From: Thermosphaera sp.
GTDB taxonomy: Archaea; Thermoproteota; Thermoprotei_A; Sulfolobales; Desulfurococcaceae
Length of the DNA: 37,646 nt
Assembly: GCA_020833525.1 (NCBI GenBank)
Contig: JAJHRV010000001.1
Location: forward strand, 1 to 37,646
Reading direction: 5' to 3'
Shown here: one piece after another, positions 27,553-36,119 of the stretch
How the letters are laid out: every line of letters begins with the position of its first letter
Numbering within the stretch: the stretch's first letter is position 1
Program-made: the position numbers and the translations under genes
The notes under the pieces: model-generated
What the model was told of the DNA's origin: nothing
Databases searched by the model: none
Seen by the model: only the letters and a program-made list of their open reading frames with translations

Positions 27553-28333
27553 CTCTACCAGCAAGTAGTAGGATAATAAATGCAATAGTGAAGCCGGCCG
27601 CCACGGCGATCATTTCAAATAAGTTAAAGAACCATAGAGTACCACTGATTAAAGCCCCGTTTATATCTGCGGGTAATCCAACTATAGCGCCAGGCTTGGG
27701 CATGTTTTGAAATACATAGGCGAATCTACCAATAGCTAGGCCTATTAAAAACGTAGCGATAGATATAAAGCCTATTCCAAGTAGTCCAATACTCCTTAAA
27801 ACAAGCATTTTATTAGATGTCACACCACGAGCTATGAGGAAGAATGCTGAGTATACGACAATGAATACTAGTGGTATTACAGCTATTGTTGCACCACCCT
27901 GGAAGCCCCCACCCGGTGTTAAATGACCATGTAGACCTATTGATGCACCAACAGCGATGATCATTGGAGCAGTCACCCTCGTGACAGTCTTAACTATGGT
28001 TGATAAACCACTCGTCTTCTCGTTGAAAGACCCTTGTAGAGTCTCACTAAACAAGCCACGTGCAAGGGCTAATCCAGCGATTAATGCGAGGTAGAATACA
28101 CTTGTCTCGAACAATGTATCTAGACCTCTATAATCCCAGACTATAGCCGTAACAGCCTCCGGCGAGTTAACAGTGTAGTTCTGAAACCATGGATTAATCG
28201 TCGTGTAGAGGTAGAAAAATGCTAGTTGCCTCACCTCAACGCCTGGTATTAGTATGGATGCTGCTAAGACTAACAGTACTGATACACCTAGAATAAGGGA
28301 TATTATAACAGCCAACTCGGTGATCCTCCTCAT
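27533..28333 (-). CDS. MrpB/MnhB-domain subunit (MbhE/F-like fusion)
   Basis: VTAIVWDYRGLDTLFETSVF is the MnhB signature. ATG 28333 forms an ATGA overlap with the mbhD stop. Confidence 0.7.
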   Translation of the reverse strand: MRRITELAVIISLILGVSVLLVLAASILIPGVEVRQLAFFYLYTTINPWFQNYTVNSPEAVTAIVWDYRGLDTLFETSVFYLALIAGLALARGLFSETLQGSFNEKTSGLSTIVKTVTRVTAPMIIAVGASIGLHGHLTPGGGFQGGATIAVIPLVFIVVYSAFFLIARGVTSNKMLVLRSIGLLGIGFISIATFLIGLAIGRFAYVFQNMPKPGAIVGLPADINGALISGTLWFFNLFEMIAVAAGFTIAFIILLLAGRGGSGGR

Positions 28334-28596
28334 TCCTTCTCCCACCTCTCAGTTTTACTAATCAATACAATCAATACTCCGGGTATGAGCCCTACAGCTA
28401 CTGGTAGGTACACTAGTACTATATCAGGTGCCATTAGTAAGTAGTATAGAACAGCGTAGAAACCACTCTGTAGAGCACTATAAATAACTGCTTTAATCAA
28501 ATCCCTCTCTACTATAGCTAAATATACAGCTACAACCGATAACAAACTAACAACAGCCATAATTAAGTATACTATGGTCTCTGCATACACGTTCAT
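28330..28596 (-). CDS. mbhD: MbhD-like (MrpA C-terminal/DUF4040-type) subunit
   Basis: A three-TM protein with LLMAPDIVLVYLPVAVG. ATG 28596 forms an ATGA overlap with the mbhC stop. Confidence 0.6.
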   Translation of the reverse strand: MNVYAETIVYLIMAVVSLLSVVAVYLAIVERDLIKAVIYSALQSGFYAVLYYLLMAPDIVLVYLPVAVGLIPGVLIVLISKTERWEKE

Positions 28597-28970
28597 CACC
28601 CACATAGATCCTTATCTAGTAGATCAGCTATACATGGCTTTACACGTGCAGTTCTAGACTTGTGAACACCCCTTGCAATCGCGTGAGAACCCGCGGGGGC
28701 AAGCATTAAAACTATCAATGCTGTTATAAAACTAGCACCAGCCATAAACCACTTGTAAGCACCCAGCTCCTCGAGGATTATAGTTAGTAGAGAAATACCT
28801 GTGAGTGGGAACACACAACCCCATATAGTATTTATTGTTAGTGGGTGGAGTCTCAGGTAGAAGTTCTTAAACCTATAGAAGCCAATAGCTGCTACAACGC
28901 TTGCGAATCCACCAAGCGTTATGAGGGCTAGGCTTATGTATCTAATAATGAGTATGAATAAGTCAAGCAC
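28596..28970 (-). CDS. mbhC: MrpG/MnhG-like subunit
   Basis: Contains GFYRFKNFYLRLHPLT...PAGSHAIARG (MnhG pattern G..R.PD.Y.RLH). Confidence 0.7.
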   Translation of the reverse strand: MLDLFILIIRYISLALITLGGFASVVAAIGFYRFKNFYLRLHPLTINTIWGCVFPLTGISLLTIILEELGAYKWFMAGASFITALIVLMLAPAGSHAIARGVHKSRTARVKPCIADLLDKDLCG

Positions 28971-29232
28971 CTAGATCACCTCTCTCAAGGTACTTAGATA
29001 CGTAGATGTCGAGTGCATAAACCCAGAGGGCGAGGGGGATTGCCACAACTGTTAAAATAGGCTCTTTGAAGTATACTGAGAACAGTATTAGTAAGACTAT
29101 TGATCCATACGTAATACCATCTATTGCCAAAACCTGGTCTCCTATTGTTGGGCCCTTGAAGACTATTATTGTAAGCAACACTATGTTTATTAGGTATAAG
29201 ATCGATACGAAGAGCACTATCTCCCAGATCAA
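28963..29232 (-). CDS. mbhB: MrpF/MnhF-like subunit
   Basis: Contains FKGPTIGDQVLAIDGITY (MnhF pattern GP...DR..A.D). The TTG start overlaps the mbhN stop (TTGA). Confidence 0.65.
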   Translation of the reverse strand: MIWEIVLFVSILYLINIVLLTIIVFKGPTIGDQVLAIDGITYGSIVLLILFSVYFKEPILTVVAIPLALWVYALDIYVSKYLERGDLGA

Positions 29233-29627
29233 GATCCCACCCTTCTCAGTGTTGTGAGGGAAAAAGCTTCAGATGTAAGCCTAGAAACACCTGCAATATC
29301 ATACTTGTTTGTAGCTATGTAGGCGTTTGTTGGACACACTTTAACGCATCTATAGCAAAATACGCACTTTCCATAATTTATGAGAGGGTAGATTCTACGT
29401 GGATTGGTCTTTGGGACTTCATACTCGGGTGGTATAGGGGTCATTTTAATAGCGTCGGCAGGGCACTCAATAGCACATAGAGAGCAACCAGTGCACTTAC
29501 CTAGATCAGCGTACTGGACACCCCTGAAATCAAGCTCCACGGGAGTTTTAACCCTTGGATACTGTATAGTGGCTGGTTTAGAAACAAGGTTTTTCAAGAC
29601 AAGCCCGAGAAGCCTCGGCCTCTTCAC
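29229..29627 (-). CDS. mbhN: 2x[4Fe-4S] ferredoxin-type subunit (NuoI-like)
   Basis: Contains CTGCSLCAIECP and CVFCYRCVKVCP. There is a GTGA overlap with mbhL. Confidence 0.85.
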   Translation of the reverse strand: MKRPRLLGLVLKNLVSKPATIQYPRVKTPVELDFRGVQYADLGKCTGCSLCAIECPADAIKMTPIPPEYEVPKTNPRRIYPLINYGKCVFCYRCVKVCPTNAYIATNKYDIAGVSRLTSEAFSLTTLRRVGS

Positions 29628-30823
29628 GGTTTCCCACCCGCTAGTTGCTTTAAATCTAGCCTATAGCGAGTGTTCTTCTCGAGATCAATCACAGTCACTC
29701 TCTCCATGCACGAGATACAGGGATCGAGCGATGCCAAAATAACTGGTACGTCTGCTAGGGAGTGTCCAATGTACATGAATGCACTGTTAATTATGTTGTT
29801 AAAGCTGGGAGTGCGGATTTTTACTCTGTAGGGGTTCTGTCCTTTTCCATCACTCATGACATAGTATGTTAATTCACCACGCTGTGCTTCAACCCTCGTG
29901 TAGGCCTCGCCAGGTGGGAATCTCCGTGGAAGCCTCCTCTCATCTGGAACGGGATCTCCATCTGAGGGTAGGTGTTCTAGGATGTAGATGCTCATCTCAA
30001 TTGATTCAAGTGCTTCATCCCACCTAACCATCATTCTAGCCCATGAATCACCCTCGCTCCGTGTTACGAGGTTGAATGGTATTTCCCCGTATGCATCATA
30101 TTTATCGCTAACTCTACTATCTATTTTAACCCCACTCCCTCTGGCGACTGGGCCTACAAGGCTATGACTTGTCGCCTCACCATAGCTTATCCTCCCAACA
30201 CCCACTAGTCTCTTAACTATTGTCTCGTCTTCCTCGAAGACCTTCCTATAGTACTCAATACGGGGCCCTAATTTAAGTAAGAGCTCCCGTATCCTCTGCC
30301 TCTTCTCCTCATCAATATCTCTCCTGACACCACCAACCATCACGTAGTCTGCCATAACTCTACTACCAGTTAGTATTTCCTTCGCCTTCATCACTTTCTC
30401 TCTATCAAGCATTATCTGCATGAATAGCGTCTCGAAACCAACGATCTCCGCCATAACAGCGTTTATCAACATGTGGCTGTGCACTCTCTCCAACTCCATT
30501 GCTAGTACTCGTAGATACTGTGCTCTCCTATTTGGGTGTAAGTCAAGTAGTTGCTCGAGAGCTCTAACATAGCAATTTGTATGTACGGCATTACAAATTC
30601 CACATACTCTGCCGACAATAAATATATCTCTATAGAATGTGTTTCTCTCACAGAGCCTCTCAATGCCTCTATGGTTATAACCAGTATTAACCTCTACTTT
30701 AACAACCTCCTCTCCCTCAGCGTAAACTTTTAGTAAGAGGGGCTCGTGGAGAGCTGGGTGCTGGGGTCCAACGGGGATCTCCGCGGTGACGACCGATATT
30801 TCAACTATCTTTGTAACCCCCAA
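29624..30823 (-). CDS. mbhL: Group 4 [NiFe]-hydrogenase large (catalytic) subunit, NuoD-like
   Basis: N-terminal RVCGICNAVH (Cys codons 30604-30602 and 30595-30593) and C-terminal DPCISCMER (Cys codons 29719-29717 and 29710-29708), followed by a 24-aa tail. The start is TTG. Confidence 0.9.
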   Translation of the reverse strand: MGVTKIVEISVVTAEIPVGPQHPALHEPLLLKVYAEGEEVVKVEVNTGYNHRGIERLCERNTFYRDIFIVGRVCGICNAVHTNCYVRALEQLLDLHPNRRAQYLRVLAMELERVHSHMLINAVMAEIVGFETLFMQIMLDREKVMKAKEILTGSRVMADYVMVGGVRRDIDEEKRQRIRELLLKLGPRIEYYRKVFEEDETIVKRLVGVGRISYGEATSHSLVGPVARGSGVKIDSRVSDKYDAYGEIPFNLVTRSEGDSWARMMVRWDEALESIEMSIYILEHLPSDGDPVPDERRLPRRFPPGEAYTRVEAQRGELTYYVMSDGKGQNPYRVKIRTPSFNNIINSAFMYIGHSLADVPVILASLDPCISCMERVTVIDLEKNTRYRLDLKQLAGGKP

Positions 30824-30825
30824 GT

Positions 30826-31290
30826 CTACACACCACTATCCTTCCTCAATGGATACTCTCCCTTCTCAACGAGATCGCGTGGTGCAAAGAAACCCCTCTT
30901 TAAGAATGGGTTTCCACGGAAGACTACACCGAGTAGATCATGAGTTTCACACTCTCCGGAGAGCGCACCTGGCAGTATATCGACTAAGCTATCTATTACA
31001 GGGTTCTCCCTCGGTATAAAAGTCCTTAAGACAACTGTCTCCTCCTCTGGGAGTAGAACAATGTAGTAGTCTAAGCGTATTCTACCCTCATCCTTTAGAT
31101 CAGTCCCCACGATCGTTGATAAATAGAAGCCCCCATAGCCAAACTTCTCTATAAGAGCTTCAAAAACTCTTCTCACGTTTCCAGGCTCAACTATATACAG
31201 CTTCCTACTAGGCTTAACTACACCCCTACCCACGGAGAAGCTCTCCAGTAAGCTATGCTTGTCCACTACACCCATCATTAACCACCTCAC
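30826..31290 (-). CDS. mbhK: NuoC-like (30 kDa) hydrogenase subunit
   Basis: The size and its position between the NuoB-like and NuoD-like genes fit, and the sequence DYYIVLLPEEETVVLRTFIP...CETHDLLGVVF is typical. The start is uncertain (31290, 31278, 31275 or 31266). Confidence 0.75.
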   Translation of the reverse strand: MRWLMMGVVDKHSLLESFSVGRGVVKPSRKLYIVEPGNVRRVFEALIEKFGYGGFYLSTIVGTDLKDEGRIRLDYYIVLLPEEETVVLRTFIPRENPVIDSLVDILPGALSGECETHDLLGVVFRGNPFLKRGFFAPRDLVEKGEYPLRKDSGV

Positions 31291-31729
31291 CCTTCTTTAT
31301 TAAATCAAGTAGTTTTGCAATACCATCAAGTATAGCCTCCGGTCTCGGAGGGCATCCAGGGACGTATGCAGCTACAGGTACAACTCTGTCTACACCACCA
31401 ACCACGCTATAGGATTTCGAGAATACACCACCATCAATAGCACACGCACCAACAGCAATTACGAATTTTGGACAGGGCATTTGATCATATAGGATCTTAA
31501 GCCTCTCAGCAGCCTTCTTCGTTACAGCCCCTGTTACAACAAGTATATCCCCATGCCTAATACTAGGAGCTAGCTTAACGCCGAAGCGCTCTGGGTCGTA
31601 GACAGGTGTTATAGTAGCTAACACCTCTATATCGCATCCATTACAAGCCCCTGTGTTAAAGTGCACTAGCCACGGACTATACCTGATAATCCTATACCCT
31701 GCTCTACCACTCTGCTTAACTTGACTCAT
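31253..31729 (-). CDS. mbhJ: Hydrogenase small subunit, NuoB-like ([4Fe-4S])
   Basis: Contains CNGCDIEVLA ... GACA ... YVPGCPPRPEAIL. This is the first gene of the operon. Confidence 0.9.
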   Translation of the reverse strand: MSQVKQSGRAGYRIIRYSPWLVHFNTGACNGCDIEVLATITPVYDPERFGVKLAPSIRHGDILVVTGAVTKKAAERLKILYDQMPCPKFVIAVGACAIDGGVFSKSYSVVGGVDRVVPVAAYVPGCPPRPEAILDGIAKLLDLIKKGEVVNDGCSGQA

Positions 31730-32107
31730 ACATAAGCACGCTCATGAAAAACTATAAGGAGTGAGTTTAAAAATGATTCGTGGTTTTAAAGTCCCACGGT
31801 GAACTATACAAATACATTAATATGTAGGTTTCAATGAATCATTAAACCTTCACCCCCCTGAACAATCCACAGGATACTCCAAAACATACATAAATGAATT
31901 CAACGCTTATTTAGCACCTACACCGGTATACAACTTCCCTGTTAGAACAACAACCCTTATCATCGTAAGAATCCAATCTCTCTAATCTTAGCATACTCAA
32001 AATCCTCTACAACTCAGGAATTACTCCACGTATACAAATCCAGAAGTCTCTCAATCCTATCCTCAATACAGGACTTTCGTCGTGCATCCTAGGAGGTCAG
32101 AGTAAAG

Positions 32108-32115
32108 TTTATAAA
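32108..32115 (+). promoter_or_regulatory. BRE/TATA box for the DGC-domain gene
   Basis: AGTAAAG-TTTATAAA lies 39-46 nt upstream of ATG 32154. GGTGA at 32143-32147 is SD-like. Confidence 0.5.
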
Positions 32116-32153
32116 TGCGGCAAATTATTTTGCCCTCTATATGGTGATTATAC

Positions 32154-32597
32154 ATGAGTACGTCTAGTAGGTATCAACTACTACCCCATTGTGCTATCCA
32201 CGCTAAAGACCTAATTATCGTGGCAACTTGCGATGGTGCATCCACGGTTGGGCAAATTGGTAATGAAGTTGCGAGGAGATTGACTAAGAAATATCCAAAT
32301 AATGTAAGAATGTGTTGTTTATCAGCTGTTGGTGCTGGAAGCGAAACACATATAAAGATCTTCCAAGAAGCTAGAGCAGTCATTGCAATTAATGGTTGCC
32401 AATTGATGTGTGCTTCTAATATACTGAGGCAGAGGGGATTAAAGATCACATATGAAGTAGTAGTGGCGAAGGAAGGAGTCAATAAACTACCATCACTAGA
32501 CTACACGGACGAGGAAGTAGAGAAAATAGCGGGGAAAGTAGTTAGTGAATTTCTCCAAAAGAACATTAATAGTCAATACAGTAAAGCTAGTACTTAG
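32154..32597 (+). CDS. DGC-domain putative metal-binding protein
   Basis: Contains TCDGASTVGQ (the DGC motif) and further Cys residues (CC, NGCQLMC), in a size of about 150 aa. Confidence 0.55.
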   Translation: MSTSSRYQLLPHCAIHAKDLIIVATCDGASTVGQIGNEVARRLTKKYPNNVRMCCLSAVGAGSETHIKIFQEARAVIAINGCQLMCASNILRQRGLKITYEVVVAKEGVNKLPSLDYTDEEVEKIAGKVVSEFLQKNINSQYSKAST

Positions 32598-32619
32598 ATC
32601 TCTCCGTAGAGATTGATTT

Positions 32620-34935
32620 TTAACTACTATTTTTCGCGAAGTAGAGAGAAGCCGCGGCGATTTGTCCAAAAGCTAATCCTCCATCGCCTGGTGGTATACG
32701 CCTCGGTAGATATACCTTTACATCTTCTTGTACTAGTCTATCTCGTAATCCACGGTAGATATACTCATTAACTACAGCCCCACCAGAGGCTACTACATAG
32801 TCTACTCTAAGCCCCTTCACCCCCCTCAACACTAGCTCCCCGAGGAAGTATCCATAGTTGTAGAGAACGCTCCTCGCAATAGTCCCGCATCCAAGCCTAA
32901 ACTTATTCTCCACAACCCAGTCTACTACTCTATCATAGTCTAGCCTCACAACTCCACCCTCCTCTCTAATATCAAAGTCGTCTACTTCCCTAAGATCCCC
33001 ACGCCACGCCTGGGCCTCCAGCCATATTGCTGGTTCACCCTCGTAACTCCTCTCCACCCGGGGGTTTAGTAGTGCGGCAACCATATCTAGAAATCTACCA
33101 GTACTAGATGCAGGTGTATACTTCCCTCTCTCCACTAGTTTATAGACAGCTTCTAGTTCAAAACTCAATCGCCTATCTGGGTTTAAACCAATATGCTTGT
33201 AGACATCCTCTAGGCTGAATCCACGCTGAGCATAGTAGCCAACTACTAGTCTCAGTGGAATTAATGCATCTCTATCGCTTGTTAGTGGAATGGGCTCAAT
33301 TGATCCAATCCTCCTAAATCCATAGCTATGCGTATTGAAGTACAGTACCTCAGCCCCCCATATAGTGTTATCAAGCCCCCATCCAACCCCGTCTAGAGCA
33401 ACCCCTATTAATGAGCCATCCAAGTTATTATCTATAGCTGCGCCAACCACGTGTGAGTAGTGGTGTTGAACCTCAAATACATCAAGTCCTTTTTCACGAG
33501 CATACCTTAAACCCAACTGCCTAGAGTATAGTCTCGGGTGGATGTCAACAACCACTATTGGTTTAACTAATCCCCCAACATGGTAGTTTCTAACAAGGAA
33601 CTCTATGAAGTTCACTAAGTCTCCTTGAGCACTTAGAGAGTCGAGGTCGCCTACATACTGAGTGAGTACTATCTTGTCCTCGAAGCCAACTGCACCGCAA
33701 GATGATAAATCCCCGCCGAAAGCTATGAATTCCCCGCCAAGGTCTCTATTAATAGTTATCCATGATGGTGCATAACCCCTACTCCTCCTTAAGAACACGT
33801 ACTCTCCACTAGTTTTCCTCACCACGCTGTCATCTACGCGGTTAACTATCTCTCTATCATGTACTAGGAAGTAGTCTACAATACCGCTAAGCTTTGATTT
33901 AGCGCATTCTTCATCTCTACACATTGGCTCTCCATGGACATTTCCACTAGTCATGACTAAGAACTTATCCCTAGTATTCATTAAGAGCAAGTAGTGTAGC
34001 GCTGTGTATGCAACGAACACGCCTTCGTGAGACAACTCTGGTGACACATACTTTGAGACGGGAGAATCCGGTTTCTTGGGTAATAGGAGTATTGGAGCCT
34101 GAGGAGACTTCAACAACTCCTCATCACTAGGCTCCATGTAGACTAGTCTCTTAAGGACCTCTGTATCAAGCCCCATTATTGCAAATGGCTTTCTAGGCCT
34201 ATTCTTCCTCCTCCTCAACTCCAATACAACATCGTCGCTAGTCGCTAGTGAAGCAATGTGGTAGCCTCCAATACCCTTAACTCCAACAATATACCCCTCA
34301 TCAATCAACCTCGCAGCCTCTACGATAGGGTCTCTAGTTTCAACTACTCGAAAGCCTCGATCCAGTAGTTTAAGCCTCGGGCCGTCAACAGGGCAGCTAA
34401 TACCCTGTGCGTGGTACCTCCTCAGATCACCTGGGTCTCTATACTCTCTTTGGCAATTATGGCAGAGAATATACTTCCTCATCGCAGTGTTCTCTCTATC
34501 ATACGGTGTACTATACATCATTGAAAACCTTGGACCACACCAAGCACAAGAGTTAAATGGATAGAGGTACCTCCTGTCACCTGGATCCAAGACCTCTCTA
34601 AGGCAATCACGGCATATCGCGAAGTCTGGGGGTATATTAGACCTTGTGTAAACCCCGCTACTACTTTTCTCAATTGAGAATGAAGAGTATCCCCTCGGCT
34701 CCTCTTCAAGTGCAAACACATAGTCTATTAATGCAACAAGTGGTTTTTCATAGAACAGTGAAGCAGTAAACTCCTCTAAATCACCTTCACACCCCTCAAC
34801 CCAAACCTCTACTTCACTACCACCAATATTCCTAACAAACCCCCTGAGGCCATGCCTCGATGCAAGTCTCGCAATAAAAGGCCTAAATCCAACACCCTGA
34901 ACGAGGCCTATTATCAGTAAATGTAGCGCCTTCAT
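32620..34935 (-). CDS. hypF: [NiFe]-hydrogenase maturation carbamoyltransferase HypF
   Basis: Acylphosphatase domain (GLVQGVGFRPFI), two zinc-finger pairs (CRDCLREVLDPGDRRYLYPFNSCAWCGPRF and CHNCQREYRDPGDLRRYHAQGISCPVDGPR), and YrdC- and Kae1-like domains. The start is taken at the second ATG (MKALHLL). Confidence 0.95.
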   Translation of the reverse strand: MKALHLLIIGLVQGVGFRPFIARLASRHGLRGFVRNIGGSEVEVWVEGCEGDLEEFTASLFYEKPLVALIDYVFALEEEPRGYSSFSIEKSSSGVYTRSNIPPDFAICRDCLREVLDPGDRRYLYPFNSCAWCGPRFSMMYSTPYDRENTAMRKYILCHNCQREYRDPGDLRRYHAQGISCPVDGPRLKLLDRGFRVVETRDPIVEAARLIDEGYIVGVKGIGGYHIASLATSDDVVLELRRRKNRPRKPFAIMGLDTEVLKRLVYMEPSDEELLKSPQAPILLLPKKPDSPVSKYVSPELSHEGVFVAYTALHYLLLMNTRDKFLVMTSGNVHGEPMCRDEECAKSKLSGIVDYFLVHDREIVNRVDDSVVRKTSGEYVFLRRSRGYAPSWITINRDLGGEFIAFGGDLSSCGAVGFEDKIVLTQYVGDLDSLSAQGDLVNFIEFLVRNYHVGGLVKPIVVVDIHPRLYSRQLGLRYAREKGLDVFEVQHHYSHVVGAAIDNNLDGSLIGVALDGVGWGLDNTIWGAEVLYFNTHSYGFRRIGSIEPIPLTSDRDALIPLRLVVGYYAQRGFSLEDVYKHIGLNPDRRLSFELEAVYKLVERGKYTPASSTGRFLDMVAALLNPRVERSYEGEPAIWLEAQAWRGDLREVDDFDIREEGGVVRLDYDRVVDWVVENKFRLGCGTIARSVLYNYGYFLGELVLRGVKGLRVDYVVASGGAVVNEYIYRGLRDRLVQEDVKVYLPRRIPPGDGGLAFGQIAAASLYFAKNSS

Positions 34936-34977
34936 TCCCCACTCTACCACATTGAGAGGAGATCAATAGTAGTGTTA

Positions 34978-35667
34978 CTAGTGCCTATGTCTAGGGTGTC
35001 GAGTCCCCTCCCCTATAACCCAGTATTCTCCATTACTCCTCCTCTCTAGTTTAAACACTGGTACCTCCTTCTTAACCCTCTCTAGTATAATCCTCGTTGC
35101 TTCAAAAGCCTCACTCCTAGATCTCGCTAGAGTGGCTATAATTACCGTGGGCTCACTCGGCCTCCTAACCCCGACCCAGTGCCATAGTACAACACCAATC
35201 AATCCATGCTTCTCTGCTTCTTCAAGAGCAATCCTTCGCAGCTGGGATAAAGCAGCTTCTTCAACAGCTTCATAAACCAACTCCTCGACATCTACACCTT
35301 CAACTCTCCCCTTAACTAGCCCAATGAACAATACCAATGCCCCTACTTCACAGTCAAGCCTTGATAACTCATCTAGGAGTTTATTCAAGTCCACACTCTC
35401 TTCTTTCACGAGTCTTACATCAATGTATGGAGATCCCCCGGCAAATGGTGGTGTCAGGTAAACTACTTCATCGTGGTTAATAATGTATTCTCCACTAACA
35501 ACTCTATCGCCAACAATAGCGATGATCTCCAGTTGATCAGGTACACCATACTCCTCGCGTAGAATCCTCACTAGCTCACTAATACTTACCGGCTTCTCGA
35601 ATTCCAACTCTACTGTTTCACCTAGATAATCCCTTAGGGCTGAAATTGGTTTAATCCTGATCCTCAC
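34978..35667 (-). CDS. moaDE: Fused MoaD-MoaE molybdopterin synthase (small sulfur-carrier + catalytic subunit)
   Basis: Residues 1-78 end in ...YLTPPFAGG, a MoaD/ThiS fold with the diglycine. Residues about 100-229 are MoaE-like (FIGLVKG..., VLWHWVGVRRPSEPTVIIA, VPVFKLE). It is a continuous ORF with a GTGA overlap with moaC. Confidence 0.8.
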   Translation of the reverse strand: MRIRIKPISALRDYLGETVELEFEKPVSISELVRILREEYGVPDQLEIIAIVGDRVVSGEYIINHDEVVYLTPPFAGGSPYIDVRLVKEESVDLNKLLDELSRLDCEVGALVLFIGLVKGRVEGVDVEELVYEAVEEAALSQLRRIALEEAEKHGLIGVVLWHWVGVRRPSEPTVIIATLARSRSEAFEATRIILERVKKEVPVFKLERRSNGEYWVIGEGTRHPRHRH

Positions 35668-36119
35668 TGTGAAACCCCCTTAACCTTCTCAATTACTCTA
35701 ACATCATTGATTACTGTATATGGGTATTGACCCGCCTCATTTTTCTCATACTTCTTCACCATATCCCAAATATTTAGTAAAGCCATTACGGCACCTACAA
35801 GAGCCTCCATTTCAACACCTGTTTGAGCAGTTGTCTTCACGTTGACATATACTCTTACACCATCATCTAGGAACTCGTAGTCCACTTTGACACTAGTAAT
35901 TGGAATATTATGCGTTAGTGGTAGTAGGAAAGGCGTGTTTTTAACTCCATTTATAGCAGCCACAGTTGATACCGCGAGAACATCGCCTTTCTCGACAAGC
36001 TTATTTTTAATTAACTCAATTGTTTCGCGTCTAAGCCTAATAAACCCAGTAGCTGTAGCCTCTCTATATGAGTAGGGCTTCTCAGTTACATCAATCATTC
36101 TAACCGGCATAGGCATCAC
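35664..36119 (-). CDS. moaC: Cyclic pyranopterin monophosphate synthase MoaC
   Basis: Contains MIDVTEKPYSYREA, LLPLTHNIPITSV and TGVEMEAL. Confidence 0.9.
   Translation of the reverse strand: MMPMPVRMIDVTEKPYSYREATATGFIRLRRETIELIKNKLVEKGDVLAVSTVAAINGVKNTPFLLPLTHNIPITSVKVDYEFLDDGVRVYVNVKTTAQTGVEMEALVGAVMALLNIWDMVKKYEKNEAGQYPYTVINDVRVIEKVKGVSQ

Noticed and set aside
27533-27585. The 53-nt overlap between track ORFs 27136..27585 and 27533..28345, considered as a third frameshift
   Set aside because: The two products belong to different Mrp families (MnhC-like and MnhB-like). In-frame GTG codons at 27552-27543 give a normal short overlap, so no frameshift is needed.
29624-30823. Mbx/MBS (sulfane-reducing) or Nuo-type identity for the complex
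   Set aside because: Both CxxC ligand pairs of a [NiFe] site are intact (RVCGIC, DPCISC), and a cleavable C-terminal tail is present. This favours a genuine hydrogenase. Confirmation needs HydDB or phylogeny.
31730-31860. SurR-type GTTn3AAC operator upstream of mbh
   Set aside because: I found no exact GTTnnnAAC in the mbh upstream region. Only GTTTAAAAA-like near matches occur, and SurR is a Thermococcales regulator.
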